From Paraspadella gotoi (Eukaryota; Animalia; Chaetognatha): DNA of 64,000 bases. How positions within the stretch are numbered: the first letter of the stretch is position 1; every line of letters starts with the position of its first letter. The notes under the pieces were generated by a model that was given only the letters and a program-made list of their open reading frames with translations, was not told the origin of the DNA and made no database searches. Location: contig CM119266.1 in NCBI GenBank assembly GCA_051294375.1, forward strand, positions 26,382,153-26,446,152, given 5' to 3'. Below, in pieces: positions 1 through 12,417 of this stretch. The translations under genes were made by a program, and so were the position numbers.

Positions 1-929
1 GAATTTGACGTCATTTGTAAAACTGGAACATATCTCAAATATGTTTATATTGTCTTGAAGGGAAAAAATCCATTTCATTTCTATATAAAACCAAGGATGG
101 AAAATTTTTCCGTACAGAAGAAATCTATTTGTTCTGGCTTGTTTGATATCAAGATGTTGATGATTTGACAAGAGAAAAAAAATGCGAGCCCTTCAGATGC
201 AACAGGATCGGAATCAAGTGTTTTTACATCAATTTTTTACCGAAATTTTTCCCAGGAACATTTATATTATTTGGTAGTCAGATTTGAACAAAAATCTCCA
301 TTGAAAAAAATATTTCTTGATCTCTCAGAACGACGTCGGCTCCTACTAATAGAGACTGTTACAATTAATTACAACTAAATTATATTTAATCCTAAAATTA
401 CCTTTTAATTATAACATAATTAAAAAAATGAAATACACGGAGGTCCAGCTCTAATGGGACTAACTTCAAGTGCTTACAAATCAAGCGGTTTATGATAGAA
501 AAAAAAATTTAGAAACTCGGCTCATTTTCCTTTTTATCGATAGAAAAATGTTTGAAAAACCCCTGTAACTAATGCTTTTTGAATAACATGTCAAAGTTTT
601 TTGCCCCATTCCTTTTGCCCAGTTTATCTGAATGCAATTCTCGTTATTAATGAAAATGTAGGATAGAGAAGCAGAATGACCCACGCATCCCATACAGAAC
701 TGTCGACTTAGTGACAGGAATATTGAATTCCAAAGGGACGCGTTCTCAAAAGCTTATGCCGCCTTCTTTGGACGGTAGGAGAAGGTTATGGTTGCCAATT
801 TTTTTGGTTTTTTTTAATAGATTAGGTTGTAATTACTATTTTTTTTACAAGTGTACAACTTTTTATAGTTTTTTTTTTAAAGACAAAAATCAAAGTTTTT
901 TGAATTGTGCAACGAATTTTATTTATTCA

Positions 930-975
930 ATACGGACATGTTTCGACTCTGTTTCGAGTCTTAATCAGCAAGTGA
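930..975 (-). ncRNA. Degenerate hammerhead ribozyme motif in a PLE-derived repeat
   Basis: Minus strand CTGATTA-A-GACTC-gaaaca-GAGTC-GAAACATGTC; the core carries a G-to-T change and is probably inactive. Confidence 0.5.
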
Positions 976-1831
976 AATATCAGAGTCACATATCTCAAAC
1001 ATCAGTTTTGGAGAGAGAGAGAGAGAGAGAAAGAAAGAAAGAGAAAGAAAGAGAGAGAGAAAGAAAAAGAGTTTCCAACAAAGAATTGAGTGAGGGATAG
1101 TGGTCAGATGTGAGGACAGGTCAAGGTAAGGGCAGGGAAGAAGAGAGTAAGTGAATTTGAAATTTGAAAGAAAGAGAGAGATAATACATTAGGCAATGTA
1201 CAACGATGATAAAATTAGAGAATAAATTAAATGTATAACAATAATTAATAAGTTGTTAACTGAGTTTGAAATTTGAAATAAGGAAAGTTAAAAAGAAGAG
1301 TAAGCGGTGAGGGATAAGATAAGTTAAGAGTAAGTGAAATATGGTAAGAAAGAGCTCAAAATGATTCAGTCCCAAAAGAGCTGGAACTCCATGTATTATT
1401 AAAATGTTATTTTAGCAGTAATTGAAAAAAAAAAAGTAAAGCAAATTGATTGCTAACTCTTATGTTTAATTTTATTATCATTATAACAATTGCTTATAGT
1501 GAGCATCAGTCAAAAAACAATGTATCATCAACGCTAATCTATGGAAATAACTTTTTTCCAATTTCGTTTTGAGTATCTGACTTCAAACTTGCCATATTCT
1601 ACTGCCTGAACCAATTTGAATTTTTTTTCCGCCAATCGATAGCTTTTTAGCTGTCAAATTGTCTCTTTTATTTCAGAAAAAAAAAAAAATTTTTAGCTAT
1701 AGTTCTCATATATATATTTTTTTAATTTAAAAAAGAAATAGTAGCTACTTTTTTTTGTGCCGCAGTGTATAAGTACTAACTGTATATAGTTAGTACTTTA
1801 ATTAATATAATAATCGTTTTGGTTTTGTAAG

Positions 1832-4800
1832 ATCGAATGCAAGAGTGGATGAAAGCGATTCTGCCTTTTTGCGCGAAAATCCCCGGCAACGTCGGCGCCA
1901 CGGGAATTGGAGTCGGCGGCGGCGGAGCCGGAGGAGGAAGAGTTACCGGATTGAGAGAGATGAGATCGCTTGTTGTGGCCATTCAAGACGCGCACAGGTT
2001 AGTCGCTAGGAGATTCGAGATTCGTTGAAAATTGCTTCACCTTCACCTTTACTGGCAGGCTTCCGATAAAGTACGTGAATCATCCCTACTTTCTTGTCGC
2101 TTTAAATGACATCAACGCCTGTCGTACTCGCGTCAAAGAAGCTCCTAACCCTATATTTGACGAGGAATACACCCTCGACGATTTGCCCGGTAAATAGACC
2201 TGACATCCATTAATAAATCTGAAATGTTGAATTGATAGTCTTCGACCGACTTCTCGCTACGATGAATAATATTGAATATTGATCAATCCATATTACTTAA
2301 AAATTTTCTTATTCATTTTTAGAGGTTGATGATCTGTCACAAAATATTTTCGGACAGGTGATATCGATTACGTGACGATTTCGCTGTTCAACAAACGTCC
2401 AAGGTCAAAGGACGTTCACGTAGCACAGATCACAGTTCATCTTAAGGAACTCGACAACGGGGAACTCATCGAGGAGTGGTTTCAACTCTCGCCTGTTTCA
2501 CCGCAAATGAAGGGTGATATGGGATCCGTGCGCGTCAAGGTGAGCAGCATTTTTACATATTCAGTTATTTTTCTCTGTTGGTCCGTTTTCATTCAAGCAA
2601 AATTAGATATTTTAGTAGTCGACCTTGATTAAAATGAGAATTGATTAAATTGTTTAATGTGTACGAAATAAATTCAAATAATAGTTAAATTTAAAAATAA
2701 AGCGACATTTGCAAAATAAATCATTTATTATTCACTGATTTTTATCTCATAAACCCAAAATATTTTCTAGAATCTATGTAGTATTCGAGCCTTTTTATCT
2801 CATTTCAACTTTCCTCAAAAAGGGTTTCCACGTCAGCAGTTCCGAAAACGTGACGAGCGGTCTTGCGAAATATGTAGCCTTGGTAGTTGTCTAAGAACCA
2901 CTCTCGGTTGTTTAACTCCGACAGCTTACAATCCCCCGAGCCGCCCTCCAAAATAACGTTGGCGCGACGAGATGACGTAAGCTGCATTCGCCGAAGCGCG
3001 TACAATCTCGATCAGAATTTATCTAGGAGGGTTAAAAAATAGTTAAAAATGCGACCTGTTCCGCCAATGTGAGTTCCACTTCGCTTCCGCTCTCGTCAGC
3101 CAACATCATCTCTATTTTTCTCATCCCGTTTGACGGTAATGGCGTCATTGGTGACGGGGATATCAGAGCCACTCCATCAGTTGTGGAAGGGCACTCCGAC
3201 CTCGACGATGCCAACGCCGGGTCGACTGTAGAAGACGTCGATACGGAATCGTAATACCCGGGAGCCCTCTTGCGCCGATTTCTTTTTCCCATCTTTCTTC
3301 GCCGAGCCTCCAAGAGCTCGCAACGTTCGTCCTCGTAAAAGTGGGATCCTTCGGTCGTTTGCAGGATCGCCTCCGGACGCCCTCTCTTCATTCTCCACGC
3401 GCCGTCACCCTCGGCCATCATATCGCCTTTGCCGCAAAAGTAGAAATCAACGAAGTCTTCTTCCGCCGTGAGGTAGTCAGAATCGTTCGTCGACGATTCG
3501 CCGATGCTCTCGCCACTACCGCAAAGCGTTGTTGAAGATCCCGAGACGTCGTCGAGCAGGAGACGGTTGTTGTTGTTAATGTTGTCGTCTTCCTCTCCGA
3601 ACAGGCGTCTTTCGTCCTTCCACCAGACTGGGCTCTCCTCGTGGTGCTCCTTCGAGGAGTCCGAGTGAAACCCGGCGATCATTTCCAAATCGGAATCGTC
3701 ATGGAAATCAAATTCGCGATCGGCGGCGTTGTCTGTAATATCTCCCGGGCAGCCGCAGACTTGGATGTCGCAAAAACCCAGTCCGCAACCTTGACCGCCG
3801 CACGCGCAAGGCGGTCGGGCGTCAACGGACAGAGAAGACTCGGAGTCGTCATCGTATGCCGCGTCATCCGGAGATATTTCGACGATGTGCATGATGCACT
3901 GAACGATATCCATCAATTACTCATTACGAAAAAGATTTAATTATAGCGTTATGTCGCATAGTTTACCTGTTTAAGATTGTTCTTCTTAATCTCTACAGAA
4001 AGTTTTTTCTTTTCTCTAACTTGTGTTTCGACGCTGGTAGTTTTTGGCGGCAACCAGGAGATGGGGTCCAACATCGTTCTTGTTAGACGTGCCAGGAGTA
4101 ATAATTTTTGCGAAGCAGTTCGCTTTAAACTCTGTAAGAATTGGTTTGAAATTTGTCTTGAACTTCAATTTGTCATCCTCGAATTGATCGAAAAGTTACC
4201 GCCAAATCCAGCGAAATGCGTTTTGTGGGTAGATCGGTTTCGTCATTAACTTGGTTGAAATTCGTCCCTGTTTTCTCGGTGGAATCAGTTGGTCCTAATT
4301 GGGCGTGTTTAGAATCTTTACCGTTTTCTTCCTGTTGAATGGAGAAAGATATATTTTCCCCGAATCGTTTTCGTGAAAAAAAATGTGATTGTGTTCCGTC
4401 CACAATTGAATAAAAGTTACATTACCAAATCGTAAACCTGGTCAAATTCTTCGGCTGAAAAAAAAATAAGAAAATAAAATTTATTTATATTAGTTGAAAA
4501 TTAAAGTAGCGTGGTAAAATTGACAATAAACATTTCTTTACCATTTTGATTCGTATCTTTTTGTAACAAGCCGTGTGAGTGATTGATATCCTCGTCTGGA
4601 TCCGGGTCGTCGAACTGACACGAAAACAAGCCGAGTATATAAGTATATCCTATAAGTGTATCATTGATGTTGTGCGTGATACCTCCACCAAAATCCAAAG
4701 AATGATGGTGTAGACTATGAGACCGAAAAAAATTGCGACGAGGGCGTCCAGCAAGACGGCGCCTGGTTCGCATGGGATTTTGCTCGCCATCAGAGAAACC

Positions 4801-7800
4801 GCGGAAACAGTGACGCCGGTGAGAGACTTTCCAGCCTTGCCAGCGTAGTTGCGAGCCATCTCGGGGCCTCTCGAAACGAGACCCAAAAGTCCCTCACTGT
4901 CGCGTTGATTATTAAAAATATTAAAATTGTTTGCGTTGGGACAGAATTTCTTAAGTCTTTTACTTGATTCCTTTAGTGTTTACGTCTGTCCCAATCACTA
5001 GGCTAAAGCTAATCGAAGCAATCGTGAGCACTAATAATTTTCGAAATAAGAAGAGCATAACGACTTTCACGAATCTATCCTGGAACCATCTAGAGCACTA
5101 ATTTATTCAACGCTTTTGTTTTATGAGCTACTTTAATAAAAGATTATTTTTCGTAATATATTATCATTACGACCAGCAGTGCTGGACCGCAAAATCCCAG
5201 CGAATGTAATAATAAGCCTTTATAGTTTTAGGCAACGCGAGCAGATTTGAGGTTTTTTTACTGTCTTAACAAATGAGCAACCAACTATAGGAGAATTATA
5301 TGCAATTATGCATTTTTAACGTAAATGGGACAGACCGATGGACAGACATACCGACAGAGCGACCGAAAAGTGACTTCGAGTTAAATCGTAAAAAATATAT
5401 CGTTTTTTGCACTTTCACTGCCTCTCTATAATAAAAACACAATGAATGCTAACTTTTATTAATCTTTTGTCAGGTGAAGTACATGCACGAATTGATAATG
5501 CCCGCCCACGAATATGGCGCCCTCAAAGAATTAACGGTGTCAAAAGATTTCGAGGTGGTATTTGCTTTAGCGGACGTCGCGGGATCCGACCGTGTGCCTC
5601 TTGCGCGGGCTCTGCTTTCTGTTTTTCAAGAAGAAGGTGAGATTACTGAGTCTGACATTTTGAGAAATCAGTACAGACCAGGGAGCGACGAATAAATAAG
5701 TTTCATTTCTGTAGGTCAAGAAGCTATTTTGCTTCGAGTTATGAACGATCGAGAAATCGAACAAGAAGACGATACGTCAACGCTGTTTCGGTCTTCCACG
5801 ATGGCCACGTGTCTGATGGATCAGTATATGAAGGTAAGGTTTTTATCGTCGCAATCGCTTTGCGTTTGCGACAATCTCGTAACGCTTTTGCGCATAAGTG
5901 GCGTAGTCGTCGTCGTCGTTCCAACTTTTCGATCGCCTTTTTGATGACTAAATTTTGGTGTATGATGCTGAAAATTTATATACAGCTTCTCATCATCAAG
6001 GTCTTTGAAATTGGGCGAGGACAGTTTATTAAATATGTTTTGTTTACGTTTTATCAAAACAAACAAATTTCCTCTATTTTTATTTTTATGTCTCCTCCTC
6101 TCTCTTCTTTTCTCTTCTTCTTTTAATTATATGTAGCTCTCTCTCTCTTTTCCCCAGTCGCTGATTCCTTGGGCTCTGCAGGGTAGGGTGGAGTGATGAA
6201 AAGATTAAGCGATGGAATAATATTTTTTGCTGCCTTTGTATTTGCAATAAAAAATAATTAAGCTATTTTTTAAAAAAAATTTGCATAACAGTATCATTAA
6301 TTGAATTTTTTTTATAGTAATATTCTTATAAAATCATAAAATTTTTAAATCATATTTTTTTAATTATAAGAACAGTTTCGGATTCTCCGGAAAAAACTGA
6401 AAAACTTTTGTAAAATATGTTACATGATATTTTTAGGTTAAAGCTGTGAAAAATGACCAAAACGTTTCATCATATAATAGTTTCTACTACAAAGTGTGAA
6501 AAAGTGGAGAATTTGACTTTTTTTTTGTATTTTTGATGCTGAAGACATTGAAATTTTTAATAACATATTTTATATTTTTGATATAACTTTTTATGAAGAA
6601 TCAGAATCTTTAATAAAAATTTAAAAAAGTATTTTTAAAATTTATGATTTTATAAGGATATTACTATAAATATATTGTAATTAATGATACTGTTCCCCAA
6701 ACAATATAAGCAAAATGTTTTTTGTACTCCTTAATCATACTATCTCACGTCTAAATATCCTTGTTTGTTCGCTCAAATAAAATTTATGTTCCCCAGTGCT
6801 CCACTCGACTGCAGGGGCTTTCTTTCTTTTTCTCTCTTTTCTCCTGCTGCTTCTGCTGATTCGTCCGCTGATTCGTCTGCTGTTTCGTCTGCTGTTTCTC
6901 TCTTTCTCTCTGCATTTTTATTAAAAAAAAATTGAATTAGGATTGAGCTTGTAAAATTAGGTATCGCATTCGTGCATGTTATCATTTTGCTATCTCAACA
7001 TCGGGTTTTTATTTCGTTTTTTCTTCTCGTCACTCTCTCTTTATTTTTTTTCCCTTCCTTTCTATTCTTTCTTTCTTTTCTATTCTTTCTTTCTTTTCTA
7101 TTCTTTCTTTCTTTTCTTTCTTTTTTTTTAATTTTTTCTTTCTTTTCTATTCTTTCTTTCTTTTCTATTTTTTCTTCTTTTCTATTTTTTCTTTCTTCTT
7201 TCTATTCTTTCTTTCCTTTCTATATTTTCTTTCCTTTCTATTCTTTCTTTCCTTTCTATTCTTTCTTTCCTTTCAATTCTTTCTTTATATTTACTCTTTT
7301 CTTTTTTTTTTTCTGTTTATAAATTAATTTTCTTTTCTCAAATTTGATTTTTTTTAGTATCAAAATTTGTCGTCAATCCAGATTTTTTTATGCATTGCGA
7401 CGATCCTTATGCTTTTAAGATTTTTTGTCATAAAAATCGTTAATACGTCATACGTAATTCTTCCATCCTTTCATTTTTTGCTCATATAATAATATTAATA
7501 ATAATATAATATATTATGAAATTGGTACAACCAATATAAAAATTATCCATTCATTTAATAAATAAGCTATCTTGCCCCTGACTTTAATAATATAATAATA
7601 TATTTTATTAAGAGCACGGGACTCTTAATCCCGGGGTCGTGGGTTCGAGCCCCACATTGGGCGCCACTGGGAAGATGGGTATCTAGCTAAGGGTAGGTAC
7701 TAACTAGTTTCTCTTCAGGTAAAAGAGGTAAGTAAAGATATGGAGTCTAATAAGTCTAAAGTCTAGTAAAGACGGTTATGTACAAAATAAGAGGGAGAGG

Positions 7801-10258
7801 GAGGGAGGTTTCTTGTGCCCCGACTTGTGAGTTGAGCTGAGAGTGAATCCTTGGTCCCGGCCCGAGGGTTGCCGGAGGGATGAGGAGGAGGGGATGAGGA
7901 GGAAGGGACGACGGAGATGGGGAAGAGCTGTGGCGGTAAACGCCCCTCTATCTTGATAATATATAATATCTAACGCGTAAACGATTTTAATTTAATTCCA
8001 CAGAGAACTTGTGGTGACTTCTTGAACTTCGCGATCAAGAAGTCCATCATCTCTATAATGGAAAGCAGAGACTCTTGCGAGTTAGACTTGAGTCGCCTTG
8101 ACCGAGCGTCGGACGCCCACGTCAACGCCGAGCATCTTCTGGTCAGTTTTTGGATTTAAAAAGTAAAAAGTAAAAAAAGAATACTAGTCAAAAGCCACGG
8201 CAAAAGCTTTTTCTTCCGACAACTATCATCTGTCCCACGTGTCCGGTGTCAGGTGCTGCTGAACGACGTGATAGAATCGATCTTCGACTCGGCGCACGCC
8301 GCCCCTCCCGTCCTCCGATACATATGTGGCTGCCTGCAAAAGAGCGTTTCTACCAAGTGGCCGGAAAATGAAATCGTCAGAACCCGAGTCGTTTCCGTAT
8401 TCATCTTTCTCCGACTCCTCTCGCCGGCGATAAGGTGGGAAATGGTAGTATAACAGTCGCTCGAGTCTTATCGATTTTTTGTTTTTTTCACAAGCTTATT
8501 TTCTTTCAATTCTATATTTATCGAACTGAATTCTGCGTGATGGTCTAGTACCTTAATGAGTTCTTTTTTCATTCTGTCAGTTGACATTGTAGGATATAAA
8601 ATTTTGGAATCATAATACATGTATTTTTAATTGAGATTAAATGTGCACCTTAGTAGACCTTTATCTTCATTTTTATCCTCAAATTAGAAATCCGAAAGTG
8701 TTCAACCTGATCAACGAGACCCCGTCCGAGACCGCGGACCGAACTCTCACACTTGTCGCCAAATGCCTCCAAAATCTCGCCAATTTGGTCGAGTTCGGCG
8801 CAAAGGAGCCTTACATGAACGTCGTCAATCCTTTCATCGTTCGAAACAAATCGAGAATGGTCGAGTTTCTCAATCAACTATCCAACGTTCACGAAAATCC
8901 TTCCGCAGGTTTTGTGATAAAACTTATTGCGGTTTGATTTAAGATTGAGCCGAGGTTAATGTATAAGGGGGTATGTTTGCCTGAGATAAGATAGGCATAT
9001 AACTAGGTACCAAAAGGTTCAGTGTTCATTAATATCTTACTTGATGGTATGTTGACTTGGTATCGGTGAAGAACGCTCGCTTACTATATAAACTGTCTTT
9101 AATGTGTATAGCTAGTTAGCTTTGCCTGAAGTAGAGAAATGGAAACACAATTAAAAACTATTTATTTACCTCTATTATATTGTGCTTAAACCTTATTTAG
9201 AATTATTAATGATTAACTGTTAAGATGTTAATCTTATGCTGATTGAGCTCTGATAAGGAGAAATGAACTTTAACAAGAGAGTGCGTCCCCAAAACCATAG
9301 CTGAATAATAGTTTAACTTCTGAACAAATAAAGGAATCACTAAATATGAGCAAGTCAAATCTTTAAGTAATAAAATGTTAAAAGTATTATTATTAATTAA
9401 CTAGTTAAAATATTAAAATGACTCATGTTAATCATTAACATTGCTAAAGACTATATTTAGCTACTAGAAAACCATGAAACAGAACTAATATCAAAATCCA
9501 AAATGAAATTAGACACATTTCGATTCAATACTGCAATATGTAAATGAGATTGAGAGATTTAAGATCATATTAAATAATCATCTCTTACAAATGTAGTGCA
9601 GAAGGATCTTTATAGAAATGAGCTTTCGATTTTTCGAGCCCAGCATCAATTCCAAGGAAACCACCGGATGAAATTTTGCATAGATAGTGCTAATGATGAT
9701 ACGAATAGAACTATCAAGGCGATTTTTAAAATTTAACCCCTGAGCTGAGATACGGGGCCCTGAGGGTTTTTTTGGGATTTTTTGGGTTTTTTTAATTTGA
9801 ACAGCTGCATAGGAATTCTTCTAGAAAAAATAATTTATAACCATTTATAGTCATTTTACTTTCATTTTTGGGTTCATGAACTCAGAGGGTGAGGCCCGTT
9901 TTATGATGGCGAACGGTTTATGTAATAATAACAAAATAAATACCACTACGCTGAACCACCTTCACTCCCTTCAGGGAATCAAATGACGACGCGTCCCGGG
10001 CGCGCTTTTCAAACGTCGCCGCACGCGACTACTTCTCCCGCCCGCGGTTCCTCGGACATCGCCCGCGAACTCGCTTGCCTCCACCACATTTGCGAGACAC
10101 ACCTGCCCGAGCTCGACTCAATCAGCGCCCAGGGCGGGGGGAGCAATAAACTGCGGAAACTCATCGCCATGACGGACATGCTGCGCGGCCACAAGAAACA
10201 CTACATGCAGCAGCAACAGCAAGTCGGAACTCTACTACAGCCGGAGCGGATGGTATAA
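1832..10258 (+). CDS. RASA1: Ras GTPase-activating protein p120GAP (RASA1/vap-like), 3' portion: end of PH, C2 and RasGAP domains; 5' exons lie upstream of the window
   Basis: Phase-consistent GT-AG exons 1832-1997, 2059-2189, 2358-2539, 5474-5636, 5715-5833, 8004-8141, 8253-8434, 8688-8908, 9975-10258 (TAA). Translation follows RASA1 closely: AHRLPIKYVNHPY..NPIFDEEYTLDDLP (C2), MNDREIEQEDDTSTLFRSSTMAT (arginine finger), RTRVVSVFIFLRLLSPAI (FLR motif), LVAKCLQNLANLVEFGAKEPYM, DIARELACLHHIC..LRKLIAMTDML. Confidence 0.95.
2805..5058 (-). CDS. Nested antisense 8-exon gene, ~575 aa predicted single-pass (type I) membrane protein of unknown family
   Basis: Minus-strand exons 5058-4964, 4896-4683, 4614-4542, 4454-4426, 4331-4200, 4131-3967, 3898-3056, 2981-2805 are joined by GT-AG introns of about 65-95 nt with matching phases (1728 nt total, ATG to TGA). 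The protein has a hydrophobic N-terminus MLFLFRKLLVLTIASISFSLVIG, a TM segment VLLDALVAIFFGLIVYTIILWILV and a long acidic tail. It lies wholly within RASA1 intron 2540-5473. Confidence 0.75.
5840..7425 (+). mobile_element. HINE-like element, family 2
   Basis: 5' TTTTATCGTCGCAATCGC..GCGTTTGCGAC palindrome; 3' subTIR ATTGCGACGAT plus hairpin ATCCTTA..TAAGAT. Related ends at ~11970, 28796, 29052, 57995. Confidence 0.6.
6184..6808. mobile_element. hAT-type MITE
   Basis: TIRs TAGGGTGGAG / CTCCACTCGA, exact 8-bp TSD CTGCAGGG; same family as 56768-57395. Confidence 0.85.
7611..7666 (+). pseudogene. 5'-truncated tRNA-Lys(CTT) copy ending in encoded CCA
   Basis: AGAGCACGGGACTCTTAATCCCGGGGTCGTGGGTTCGAGCCCCACATTGGGCGCCA matches tRNA-Lys from about position 21 to the CCA: anticodon CTT at 7624-7626, paired anticodon stem, T-arm GTTCGAGCC. 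The first ~20 nt are absent. Confidence 0.85.
7667..7955 (-). mobile_element. LTR-end-like fragment (putative R/U5) abutting the tRNA-Lys copy
   Basis: The minus strand ends ...CTTCCCA-G-TGGCGCCCAATGTGGGGC, the canonical LTR-CA plus tRNA-Lys PBS junction. The block is GC-rich within an AT-rich intron. Confidence 0.5.
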
Positions 10259-12417
10259 CCCCATACTAATCTTCACATTCGATCGTTTTCGTATCCGACA
10301 AAAATGGAGTTTCTCTTATCGTGGGAAACGCGGTGCAATATAATTAAGTCCCCCCCCTCCCGAGGTTTAATTTTTTTTCATATTGATTTTTAATATCGCC
10401 CAAGACTGACGAAACCAAGAAACTTTAAAATCACTGCGAAAAAATGTTATTTCAACGACTATGGAATATGAACGATAATGTAGTGAAGGAAAAAAAATCA
10501 ACTCTGTCGGACGATGGCGCGGCGGGACGGCTTTCGAAGAAAACCAGTCTCACGCACTTATTCGCCCGTTTTACGTCGCTGCGGGTGAAATACGCCCCAG
10601 CTATTATTTCCCCTCTCCACTTCGACGTTTTTATTTTTAGTTTTTAAAATTTTTAGTTTTTCTCGTTTTTTGTTTCGCCTATCGCGGCCTCAAGTGGTGC
10701 CTACTTGTGAATTGCCTACGTTTATGTATTAATTAAATTTTATTGTTGGCCGATCGATCCACTGTGTACGCGTAGAAAAAAAATCGTTCCTCCTCGAATT
10801 TTGTAAGATTGTAAGCTTCTACCGTTTCTCTTCGCGGAATTGTCGACCACAATTACTGTTATTTTAAAGTTTTTATTTTTGGGGAAAGAAACCACTGATT
10901 AGATATTGCTATCTTTTTCTACAGAAAAATAAGTGAAATAAAGAAAGGGCGGTAGTTTTATAAATGGGAAGAAGCAAGCGTTAAATTGGTCAAAACGTTA
11001 TTTTTAAAAACTTCCTTTTTCTCACAAAAAGCATGTTCTTTCCTTGCCCATTTCCCCCAACCCAAATTTCTCCCCTCTATTTGTTCATCCAGTTTTGTTC
11101 CTGCACTTTTACATGTATATCTTACGTGTAAAACTTGTCCCCTCGTAAAAATTACAGAAACTGGGTTTTCTCATTTTTTGACCGTTTATATACTAAAATG
11201 TTAGCGATAATAGAAAATGATTAGTTATCTTGCTAAACTCAGCTAATTAGCTATAGAGGGCTTTCAAATTTTTTTGATGAAGATTATGAATATCAATACA
11301 GGGACTTCAACTGGACCGATACCAAAACACTTGTTATAAAAATAATATACAGTGAAAGAATCATTTAATCATTTATCCTTGAAATTGGGTGAGGACAGTT
11401 ATTAAATATGTTATCAAAACAAACAAATTCCCTCTATTATTTTTATGTCTCCTTCTCTCTCTCTTTTGTCTTTTAATTATATGTAGCTCTCTCTCTTTCT
11501 TTTCTCAAGGCTGATTCATCGGGAAAAAACGAGTCTGCAGCTGGCTCTGCAGGGGCTTTCTTTTTTTTTTCTTTTTTCTCCTGCTGCCTTTTGATTTTTT
11601 TTCTGGCTGCCTCTGCTGCTGCCGCTGCCGCTGCTGATTCGTCCGAAAACGATTTGGCTTCTCTCTCTCTCTCTCTCTCTGCGTTTTTGTTACAAAAAAA
11701 ATTTAATTAGGATTGAACTCGTAAAATTAGGCATCGCATTCGTGCATGTAATCATTTTGCTATCGCAACATCGGGTTTTTATTTCGTTCTTTCTTCTCGT
11801 CACTCTTTATTTTTATTTTTTATCTTTCTTTCCTTTCTATTCTTTCTTTCCTTTCTATTCTTTCTTTCCTTTCTATATATTTATTCTTTTCTTCTTTTTT
11901 TTTCTGTTTATAAATTAATTTTCCTTTCTCAAATTTGATTTTTTTTTAGTATCAGATTTTTCTTTTGCAATTGCGACGATCCTATTGCTTTTAAAATTTT
12001 TTATAAGTATAAAATTTTTTTCTAATAATTTGATTAGGGGAGTCCCGGGTAATTCGGAACACTGAAATATAAAATAAAATAAAAGAATTGTTTAACGATA
12101 TTTAATAATTTTTTTGTTGCATTCACTAACTTGACTTTCCATTATTAAAATTTCAGCATTCATTTCAAAGCTGCGAGTTTCGTCTTTGAGTGATTGAACT
12201 GTCTTTGAGTAGTCGTTTTCAAGCCTCATATTTGACGTAATATGATTATCGAATATTAATATATGATAGACGAGACTACTAATTTTCAGTTATTTAATAG
12301 ATTATTTATTATTATTCAATTTTATATAGCTTCCGTTTGAACACCTGTAAAGTAAGTATTCTGTGTTACCTCATATGCTTTTCATAACGTGTTAGTAATA
12401 ATTTACTAAGTACTGAT

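Noticed and set aside
6972-7322. Phe/Ser-rich 116-aa ORF and similar low-complexity ORFs (711-1100, 13417-13665, 42978-43508)
   Set aside because: Translations of microsatellites or repeats with no coding signal.
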